The notes below the pieces were generated by a model. It saw only the letters and a list, made by a program, of their open reading frames with translations. It ran no database searches and had not been told where the DNA came from. From a virus, in UHGV virus genome UHGV-0193111: a stretch of 8,441 nt of DNA; one strand, written 5' to 3'. The translations under genes were made by a program, and so were the position numbers. Shown piece by piece: positions 1-5,660 of the stretch. Within the stretch, counting starts at the first letter, position 1, and every line of letters starts with the position of its first letter.

Positions 1-252
1 AAAACTCAGCGTCGGCTGTGTGTCGCGCTCCTCTTCACTGGCAGGCAGAACGGGTGTGGTTTGTTCAATAAAGGCTTCCAGTTCCTGACGGAGCGCAACC
101 AAATCCACAGAACACGCTTCCAGCGCCTCCCGGGCAGATGGGTTACTGAGCAGCGCCAGTAACAAGTGCTCGACGGTCATAAACTCATGACGGTGCTCGC
201 GCGCTCTGGCGAAAGCCATATTTAAACTGAGTTCCAGTTCTTGATTGAGCAT
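1..252 (-). CDS. clpA: ATP-dependent Clp protease ATP-binding subunit ClpA, N-terminal 84 codons (gene continues beyond window start)
   Basis: Reverse-strand translation from ATG at 252-250 gives MLNQELELSLNMAFARAREHRHEFMTVEHLLLALLSNPSAREALEACSVDL..., which I recognise as the ClpA N-domain. GGAGG-type RBS upstream. Lies 30 bp downstream of clpS, as in the enterobacterial clpS-clpA operon. Absent from the ORF track because it has no in-window stop. Confidence 0.9.
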   Translation of the reverse strand, partial: MLNQELELSLNMAFARAREHRHEFMTVEHLLLALLSNPSAREALEACSVDLVALRQELEAFIEQTTPVLPASEEERDTQPTLSF

Positions 253-282
253 AGGCACCTCCCCCAATTTTTATGCCTGCAT

Positions 283-603
283 TCAGGCTTTTTCTAGCGT
301 ACACAGCAATGGATGCTCATTCTCCCTCGCGTACTTGTTCACCATCGCCACTTTGGTTTCTGCAACCTCGGCGGTAAAGACTCCGCAAATGGCCTTCCCC
401 TGGTAGTGAACAGCGAGCATCAATTGCGTTGCACGTTCTACATCATAAGAAAAGAATTTTTGTAACACGTCAATAACAAACTCCATCGGAGTGTAATCAT
501 CATTGACTAATATCACTTTATACATAGATGGCGGTTTTAGCGCGTCGCGAACTTTTTCTTCCGCCAGTTGATCAAAGTCCAGCCAGTCGTTCGTTTTACC
601 CAT
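283..603 (-). CDS. clpS: ATP-dependent Clp protease adaptor protein ClpS
   Basis: 106-aa ORF ([51 protein letters not shown]...) matches my recollection of E. coli ClpS over its full length. Correct size and position upstream of clpA. Confidence 0.95.
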
Positions 604-777
604 TGTCAGTTATCATCTTCGGTTACGGTTATCGGCAGAACGCCCTGCCGCTGACAAGAGCTTATTTGCCTGACCAATCTACTCCACATGATAGATAACT
701 ATCATTTATAACATTTCATTGATTAGTCTTTATTTTTCACTGTGTTACAAATAACAACTCTGTCAAAAACAGCGAAA

Positions 778-833
778 TTAACTACACCATTAACTACACC
801 ATTTCACGAACAATATCGAACAACCACGAACAA
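778..833. repeat. Direct-repeat cluster: tandem 13-mer TTAACTACACCAT x2 (778-803) followed by three CGAACAA copies at 10-bp phasing (807-813, 817-823, 827-833)
   Basis: Read directly from the sequence. 10-bp periodicity suggests same-face protein binding sites (regulator or recombinase arm-type sites). Function unknown. Confidence 0.5.
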
Positions 834-1264
834 AGATCAACACGCTTTAACCGTTATCATTTTCCGGCCATCCGTTATGAAGCTGGTGGATGTTCCCCGA
901 TATGGGGATCCCCACCTACCCACTCCCCCCATACCGGAATTTTTTTCCGGTTAAACGTTAATCAGGCTGGTGGGCTTTACATACCCTTGATCACGGTAAT
1001 GATGATTCAGGTGCGTACCTTTTCCCCCAGTGGGGTAAAAGCTCCAACCGTAACGATGTTCGTTGTGGTTGCCTTGATGGTCTGCGTGGTCATTATGACC
1101 ATTCAGAATTTGAAGGGTGATGTTTCCGATCTCCTCAAATTGAGGTTGCCGGAAATATCAACGGGTTAGGCCAGAGTGCAAATTTGCGCTTTGCTTTAAG
1201 TTCAGCGAGTAACCGAAGGCGTAATTCCGCCCTCGGTACTCACATATGAGAAACGATATTTCTT

Positions 1265-1413
1265 CCACCGATACCCTTTATTTGGGTATCGCGAGTAAGC
1301 CCCAAAATCTGGGTGTTACTCTTACTACCCAAACTACGGGTAGTTTCCGTAGTTTCATAGTCGAGTTGCAGATCTGCAACTCGCCACCAGTTGCTAAGTG
1401 CATTTTTGCACTT
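1265..1413. promoter_or_regulatory. Cluster of inverted repeats: CGATACCC-n7-GGGTATCG (~1268-1290), AAACTAC-GG-GTAGTTT plus extra GTAGTTT (1331-1355), 22-bp perfect palindrome CGAGTTGCAGATCTGCAACTCG (1362-1383), AAGTGCA-TTTT-TGCACTT (~1396-1413)
   Basis: Read directly from the sequence. Lies between the chromosomal flank and the first island ORF. Candidate operator, recombination or attachment region; function not determinable by eye. Confidence 0.4.
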
Positions 1414-1430
1414 TCGGTAATATCAACCAG

Positions 1431-1712
1431 TTACCGCCGTAAGTGCTCCGGCTTCCTCCACTGGTAAGTATTTTTCGCGCTCTCCCTCCGTTGTTGAGAA
1501 CGGCGACGGTATGCCAGCAACTCAAGAACTCTGGTTCGTATGTTGCGCATATCCACGCCATTAAGTTCTATACCATCACGGCGCATCACCTCCGCAACAA
1601 CACGCGCATAATTTTCAGCGGTCACGCTGTCCGGCTGCATGGCCTGTTCGTCAACCTGCTGGCTGATTCCGGCAACGCGGCGGATTAATCCCAGTATTTC
1701 GGCTTCTGTCAT
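1431..1712 (-). CDS. Hypothetical protein, 93 aa, Arg-rich C-terminus (the ORF-track version extends to 1820 but would run across cosN)
   Basis: ORF-track ORF 1431..1820; I prefer the internal ATG at 1712 (MTEAEILGLIRRVAG...) because the longer form overlaps the cos site at 1768-1798. No family recognised. Confidence 0.35.
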   Translation of the reverse strand: MTEAEILGLIRRVAGISQQVDEQAMQPDSVTAENYARVVAEVMRRDGIELNGVDMRNIRTRVLELLAYRRRSQQRRESAKNTYQWRKPEHLRR

Positions 1713-1767
1713 TGTGCCCCCATCGTTCTGAAAGTCTGGTGTCGTCGGGTCCTTCCTGGAATTATGG

Positions 1768-1920
1768 CCCGTTACGGGGCGGCGACCTCGCGGTTTTTCG
1801 CTATTTATGAGCTTTTTCATGGGGGGGTGGTGGTTTTGTTGCTTGCTCTATCTCCATGAATAAAAAGGGAAAGATAACACCAACACACCAACCTGAAACC
1901 TTGACCAAGTTGGGATATTG
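1768..1920 (+). other. cos site 1: lambda-type cosN (cohesive-end sequence GGGCGGCGACCT at 1777-1788) plus a diverged cosB-like leader with tandem ACACCAAC repeat (1877-1892), directly upstream of terS
   Basis: 1768-1812 cccgttacggggcggcgacctcgcggtttttcgctatttatga is near-identical to the phage lambda left end and cosN junction as I recall it (GGGCGGCGACCTCGCGGGTTTTCGCTATTTATGA). Same position and orientation relative to the Nu1-like gene as in lambda. Confidence 0.8.
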
Positions 1921-2463
1921 ATGAAATCGCACCTGATGAACAAAAAAACCATGGCGCAAAGCTGCCGGGTAAGTGCTACAGCATTCGACAAGTGGGGAGT
2001 GACTCCCGTTGAACGTAAAGGCCGTGAGGCGTTTTATGATGTTGCCAGCGTGATAGACAATAGGGTTAACAATGCAATTAGCCAGCTTACAAACGACAAA
2101 GGCGAGATTGATGATGATGAACTCTTACGAGTCAGGATCAGATTACTGACAGCACAGGCGGAGGCGCAGGAACTTAAAAACGAGCGCGATCGCGGTGACG
2201 TGATTGATACAGAGTTTTGCATGTACGCGCTTTCAAAACTGGCGAGTCAGATTTCATCAATCATGGACAGCCTCCCGCTTACTATGCAAAGGAGCTTCCC
2301 ACACATTACCCCCGCTATGCTGGATGGGCTTAAAAGGGAAGTGGTTAAAGCCTGTAATGCCAGTGCCAGAGTTGCCGACAACCTCCCACAGATACTGGCT
2401 GATTACCTGAACGAAACAACCGGAAACGTACCGGAAAAGTTGCTACAGAAGAAAGGCGAGTAA
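1921..2463 (+). CDS. terS: Terminase small subunit, lambda Nu1-like
   Basis: Product aligns along most of its length with lambda Nu1 as I recall it (YDVASVI vs YDSAAVI; RLLTAQAEAQELKNERD vs RLTRAQADAQELKNARD; FCMYALSKLASQISSIMDSLPLTMQRSFP vs FCTFVLSRIAGEIASILDGLPLSVQRRFP; LKREVVKACN vs LKRDIIKAMN). ORF track starts at TTG 1918. First ATG is 1921; ATG 1936 (MNKK...) matches the Nu1 N-terminus MEVNKK best. Weak RBS for either. Confidence 0.85.
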   Translation: MKSHLMNKKTMAQSCRVSATAFDKWGVTPVERKGREAFYDVASVIDNRVNNAISQLTNDKGEIDDDELLRVRIRLLTAQAEAQELKNERDRGDVIDTEFCMYALSKLASQISSIMDSLPLTMQRSFPHITPAMLDGLKREVVKACNASARVADNLPQILADYLNETTGNVPEKLLQKKGE

Positions 2464-2487
2464 CAGACGCGCAATTATTGAACAAAA

Positions 2488-2663
2488 CTGAGAAACGACA
2501 TGAAAGCGTCATAAATCGCCATTTTAGATGATTACCGTGTCGTTTCTTTTTATTGTATATCTATTTAAAAACAAATAGTTATGTTCGAGAAGTACCGACA
2601 TGCTTTTTCCAGAAAAATTTTCATAAACAGATAAAAACCGCGAGGTCGCCGCCCCGTAACGGG
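2488..2663 (-). other. cos site 2 (inverted): lambda-type cosN (reverse complement of GGGCGGCGACCT at 2643-2654) with lambda-like cosB, including an inverted pair of R-site-like elements TGTCGTTTC (2538-2546) and GAAACGACA (2492-2500)
   Basis: 2633-2663 is the exact reverse complement of 1768-1798 (31 bp). The reverse complement of 2488-2640 parallels the lambda cosB region as I recall it (TTTATGAAAATTTTTCTGG; CATAACTATTTGTTTTTAAATAG; AAAAGAAACGACACGG; CATGTCGTTTCTC vs lambda TTTATGAAAATTTTCCGG; CATAACTTAATGTTTTTATTTAAAATA; AAAGGAAACGACAGG; CTCTGTCGTTTCC). Confidence 0.75.
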
Positions 2664-2686
2664 TCCATATGCCGGAAAGGACCCGT

Positions 2687-2710
2687 AAAAAAAAGCCGGA
2701 TTTCTCCGGC
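2687..2710 (-). terminator. Rho-independent terminator of the capsid operon (stem GCCGGA/TCCGGC, loop TTTC, followed on the minus-strand transcript by U8)
   Basis: Hairpin at 2695-2710 with A8 at 2687-2694 on the plus strand, immediately downstream of the 137-aa ORF stop (2717-2719). Confidence 0.6.
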
Positions 2711-2716
2711 CTTGTC

Positions 2717-3130
2717 TCAGATGGTTTTCAGTATGCGATCGATGTCGCCGTCATCGCCCTGGTTTCTGCCATCGTATGCCATGCCAGCTGATACGGCTTG
2801 CGGGCTGTGCATGTCCATAAAGTTTTCAAAGGCTGCGGTAAGCTCTGGTGCAACCTTTGGGCGCTCCTGCTCTATGGTCATGTTCAGGATTTCACGAGCA
2901 TTATCGACGCTAATACATGGCACGTTTGCCATTGCACGTAACAGCGGCTGATAGTCTTTATGCTCATGAAGCGCCATAATCGCATCAGCGCGCGGCTTGT
3001 CCTGCTCTTCCAGTTTGTTGAGTTGATATACGGCCTCGTAGGTTGATAAACCTCTGTCAGCCATTGCCCGCGCTTCTTCTTTAAATTTACTCGCCAGCGG
3101 TAGCGCCATGATGCTTTCATTCGTTGCCAT
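2717..3130 (-). CDS. Hypothetical protein, 137 aa, last gene of the capsid operon
   Basis: ORF with ATG at 3130 preceded by AGGGGGAA RBS, 12 bp after the decoration-protein stop; followed by a terminator. No family recognised; not obviously lambda FI or FII. Confidence 0.65.
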   Translation of the reverse strand: MATNESIMALPLASKFKEEARAMADRGLSTYEAVYQLNKLEEQDKPRADAIMALHEHKDYQPLLRAMANVPCISVDNAREILNMTIEQERPKVAPELTAAFENFMDMHSPQAVSAGMAYDGRNQGDDGDIDRILKTI

Positions 3131-3142
3131 CGTTCCCCCTGC

Positions 3143-3478
3143 TTATCGGGCCAGCGGCTGAACGGATACGCCGGAACCCGCAAAGGCGGCGCATTTTTTC
3201 GCATCGGTGTCGACGCTCTCAGGCCAGTTAACGGCGGCAATATTGAATATCCCCGTCTTGTAACACTGTGCTGATTTCTGCTTTGACGTGTCCACAGGAT
3301 ACGAAGTCAGATAAACAGCCTTGCCAGATTCCTGACCATCCCACGGCTTAAACTCGCCATTGTCCGCCAGCATCAGCGGGGTAAATTCCTGAATAACGCC
3401 AGCATCAGCGGCAAAATGTACCAGCGTCGTTGATACCTGCTGACTGCCTGCAAATAACTCAATGTATGGAGTGTTCAT
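3143..3478 (-). CDS. Head decoration protein, lambda gpD-like
   Basis: Product shares blocks with lambda gpD as I recall it (TPLML, WDG, YK-G-F, WPE, KK-AFAG, S-S-V) and has similar length (111 aa from ATG 3478; ORF track uses GTG 3487, 114 aa). Stop of the capsid gene lies 2 nt upstream of the GTG. Confidence 0.8.
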   Translation of the reverse strand: MNTPYIELFAGSQQVSTTLVHFAADAGVIQEFTPLMLADNGEFKPWDGQESGKAVYLTSYPVDTSKQKSAQCYKTGIFNIAAVNWPESVDTDAKKCAAFAGSGVSVQPLAR

Positions 3479-3489
3479 AGAATCCACCG

Positions 3490-4545
3490 TTAACCAATTT
3501 TGACGGTAACAAATTTGCGAATATCTGCCGGAACAGGCTGCGGTGCGCTGTGTGTCTGCACGTACTCAATCGCCGGATCGCCGTCTTCAATCCAGTTTTT
3601 CGGGTAAAACATGTTTTGCGTTGCGCCCGTTCTTACCGCTTCCTGTTCCATAATCGCACCATAGGCCACCAGCCCTTTATTGTTGGTGTTGCCCAGGACC
3701 AGCAAATCAGGCTCAAGGAAATATTTTTCTGTGCCGTCGCTGTCAGTGTATTTGCCGGAATAGACGATAAGGGCCAGATCACCAAGATAGCCTTTAAAGC
3801 TCACCACTTCTCCCAGGTTTTTACATGCCAGCTCTGCGGCGGATTCTGAACCACGGGAGAGATCGTACAGTTCACGGAATTTTTTAAAGCTGCGTAACAT
3901 GCGCCATACATCAACGCCCATAATCATGACGTTTGCGGGGCAACCTGCCTGATCTGCGTATAGCTCAATGTCATAGATTGGGTCGTGTATGTCTTTGTCC
4001 TGCTCTGACCATTTTTTACCGTCGGCCTGCTCTATGATGTTTTTTTCCGGTATCTTCCAGTCGATTTCATAGCGTTCTATGCCTTCGCCCTCAATGATGT
4101 TTTTTCCGGTCGTTATCGCATTCACCGCCATCCATTCCACGCGCGCTTTAATGGCGTTTATCTGGCGGCGCATGTTGCCAGTAATCAGGCGCATACGGCG
4201 GTAGGTAGGGTCGTTAAGCTGTGCCGGATCTTCTCCAGCCATGCGCATTATTGTTTTTAATGGATCGATTTCGTGTTTTGGCTTCATGTAGCCAGGGCGA
4301 ATAATGCTGGTTTCGTACCCTTTATCGCGCTGAACCTGGCTACCAACCATAGGCGAACAAAACGCCGACATAGTGACTTCTTCAATATCCAGGTTATCTA
4401 ACATGATGTCCTGTGTGTTGAATGTCGCCACGTTCGGGAAAAACAGCGCGGTAAACAGCGGACTGAATTTAAATTCCGCAATATCCTCGCGATTCAGGTA
4501 CGCGAAAAGCTGGTTAGTGTTAAGTGCCATTGCTTTGACTGCCAT
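3490..4545 (-). CDS. Major capsid protein, lambda gpE family
   Basis: 351-aa product shares many conserved blocks with lambda gpE as I recall it (FKF-PLF; PGY-KPKHE; DP-YRR-R; WS-RDK--DP-YDIE-YA; RSFK; GYLGD-A-VYSG-Y; LGNT--GL--YG-I; YPKNW--GDPA). ATG at 4545-4543 with GGGGGTGA RBS; start overlaps the stop of the upstream ORF (TAATG). Confidence 0.9.
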   Translation of the reverse strand: MAVKAMALNTNQLFAYLNREDIAEFKFSPLFTALFFPNVATFNTQDIMLDNLDIEEVTMSAFCSPMVGSQVQRDKGYETSIIRPGYMKPKHEIDPLKTIMRMAGEDPAQLNDPTYRRMRLITGNMRRQINAIKARVEWMAVNAITTGKNIIEGEGIERYEIDWKIPEKNIIEQADGKKWSEQDKDIHDPIYDIELYADQAGCPANVMIMGVDVWRMLRSFKKFRELYDLSRGSESAAELACKNLGEVVSFKGYLGDLALIVYSGKYTDSDGTEKYFLEPDLLVLGNTNNKGLVAYGAIMEQEAVRTGATQNMFYPKNWIEDGDPAIEYVQTHSAPQPVPADIRKFVTVKIG

Positions 4546-4751
4546 TATTCACCCCCATAATTTTTATGCATCCCAAGCGCCGCAAGTAAATAAGAGCGTA
4601 CAAGTGAACCTATCGACGGCTCCGGCGTCATCAGCGGATCCAGTCCAGCCGCCACGCCAGCCTCATAGTTTTTTTTGTGGCGCTGCTTGAGCACCTCCAC
4701 GATTTCGGGGCTTATGTACACCGAAACACCGCCTTTTTTCTCTTCTGCCAT
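4545..4751 (-). CDS. Hypothetical small protein, 68 aa, translationally coupled to the major capsid gene
   Basis: ATG at 4751 with AGAGGA RBS; stop overlaps the capsid gene start. First gene of the operon downstream of a palindromic promoter region. No family recognised (does not resemble lambda gpW despite equal length). Confidence 0.6.
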   Translation of the reverse strand: MAEEKKGGVSVYISPEIVEVLKQRHKKNYEAGVAAGLDPLMTPEPSIGSLVRSYLLAALGMHKNYGGE

Positions 4752-4779
4752 AGTCAGAAATTCCTCTTTGACTTAAAAA

Positions 4780-4818
4780 ATCACAACTGGATGTTCATCC
4801 AGTTATGATTATAATCAT
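4780..4818 (-). promoter_or_regulatory. Candidate promoter/operator of the capsid operon: inverted repeat AACTGGATG-n2-CATCCAGTT (4780-4799) and 14-bp perfect palindrome ATGATTATAATCAT (4805-4818) containing a consensus TATAAT
   Basis: Read directly from the sequence, 30-70 bp upstream of the 68-aa ORF start. No convincing -35 found, so promoter assignment is tentative. Confidence 0.4.
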
Positions 4819-4912
4819 GATTGCATTTTGCGCAATAAAATTGAGTTGTGTTGCAAATTATGAAATGATTTACAGCAACAGTAGTCACCATGCTGTTAAC
4901 CTCGTAAGCAAA

Positions 4913-4952
4913 AGCCCGATAAGCTTCCTCCTGTACTTATCGGGCTTTTTTT
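4913..4952 (+). terminator. Strong hairpin terminator (11-bp perfect stem AGCCCGATAAG/CTTATCGGGCT, then T7 on the plus strand); may also act on minus-strand transcripts (U4 on that side)
   Basis: Read directly from the sequence. No annotated plus-strand gene ends here, so it may insulate the two operons or terminate a small plus-strand RNA. Confidence 0.5.
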
Positions 4953-4958
4953 GGGTAC

Positions 4959-4980
4959 AAAAAGCCGGATTTTCTCCGGC
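4959..4980 (-). terminator. Rho-independent terminator after ssb (stem GCCGGA/TCCGGC, loop TTTTC, U5 on minus-strand transcript)
   Basis: Hairpin 4964-4980 with A5 at 4959-4963 on the plus strand, 9 bp downstream of the ssb stop; near-identical to the terminator at 2687-2710. Confidence 0.55.
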
Positions 4981-4988
4981 CTGTGCGT

Positions 4989-5399
4989 TCAGAACGGAAT
5001 ATCATCACCGTAGGGGTCATCGTCTCCCGCTGGTGGCTGATTACCCTGTGCGCCTGTGGTTTTGCGTCTGTTCCCGCCAGGACGTGCCGCACGGGCACTG
5101 ATTACGCTGTCTGCAATAACCTGATAACCCTGCCGCGTTTCCCCGTTCTGTCCGGTCCACTGGCTTATCTGCATCACGCCAGATATGCTGGCAACGTCGC
5201 CTTTTTGATGTTTAGCCAGGAAGTCGGCCTGCTTACCAAATGCCATCACCGATAGCCATAACGTAGCCGTTCCGTCATCTGCCTGGCTGCACGGAAGGGG
5301 GACCGCCATACGCGCCAGCGTCATCGGTGTGCCCTTGCTGGTCTGTTTTACCTGCGGGTCGTCCACCAGCCGCCCGTAAGCTGCTATCTGTGCTGTCAT
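4989..5399 (-). CDS. ssb: Single-stranded DNA-binding protein
   Basis: 136-aa product with an SSB-like OB-fold core (FGK...KGD...ISG...W...GE-R) and a Gly/Pro-rich linker ending in the acidic tail DDDPYGDDIPF, the hallmark SSB C-terminal motif. Start ATG overlaps the upstream ORF stop (ATGA). Confidence 0.85.
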   Translation of the reverse strand: MTAQIAAYGRLVDDPQVKQTSKGTPMTLARMAVPLPCSQADDGTATLWLSVMAFGKQADFLAKHQKGDVASISGVMQISQWTGQNGETRQGYQVIADSVISARAARPGGNRRKTTGAQGNQPPAGDDDPYGDDIPF

Positions 5400-5647
5400 G
5401 CTGTCTGCTCTCCGGTTTTAACGTTGATGGTTGTTACCTGTTCCGCTTCGGCAATCTCCCGCTCTGTCAGCGTGGCAAAATTTGCCGCCGCCGTGGTCAT
5501 GAATGCGCTTATCAGGTCGGGATGTTCCTTCGCGTATCCTTCCCGCGTGTGGCGGTCTATCGTTCTGATTGCCACCTTTAAGGTGTGCTCAGTCATGTCT
5601 AACGCTTTATATTTTGGCTCTGTTCTGTCTCTGCGTGTTCTGGTCAT
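5396..5647 (-). CDS. Hypothetical protein, 83 aa, translationally coupled to ssb
   Basis: ATG at 5647 with GAGGTGG RBS (ORF track starts 4 codons earlier at TTG 5659); stop overlaps the ssb start. No family recognised. Confidence 0.55.
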   Translation of the reverse strand: MTRTRRDRTEPKYKALDMTEHTLKVAIRTIDRHTREGYAKEHPDLISAFMTTAAANFATLTEREIAEAEQVTTINVKTGEQTA

Positions 5648-5660
5648 TTGCCACCTCAAT

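Noticed and set aside
604-1430. tRNA or tmRNA gene as integration target near the left junction
   Set aside because: I could not find a tRNA-like cloverleaf or conserved T-loop/CCA features by eye in this interval.
742-1688. Plus-strand ORFs 742..954, 987..1169, 1246..1467, 1443..1688
   Set aside because: Low-complexity or hydrophobic translations of repeat- and palindrome-rich DNA, without RBS or recognisable domains; the last is antisense to the 1431..1712 ORF.
1431-1820. ORF-track 129-aa minus-strand ORF in its full length
   Set aside because: Its N-terminal 36 codons run directly across the cosN sequence at 1768-1798. The shorter form from ATG 1712 is more plausible, and even that is uncertain.
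2492-2551. Inverted repeat GAAACGACA / TGTCGTTTC plus T5 as a terS terminator
   Set aside because: The 37-nt loop is too large for a typical intrinsic terminator, and the arms match lambda cosB R-site-like sequences, so I interpret them as terminase-binding sites of the inverted cos.
2034-2951. ORFs 2034..2222 (-), 2204..2410 (+) and 2553..2951 (+)
   Set aside because: The first two overlap terS in other frames. The third runs across cos site 2, a terminator and the antisense of the 137-aa gene.
2884-3240. 118-aa minus-strand ORF overlapping the 137-aa and decoration genes
   Set aside because: Alternate frame across two well-supported genes, with Arg/Trp-rich composition typical of off-frame translation.
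3550-4690. Plus-strand ORFs 3550..3849 and 4373..4690
   Set aside because: Antisense to the well-supported capsid and 68-aa genes; no RBS and no recognisable product.
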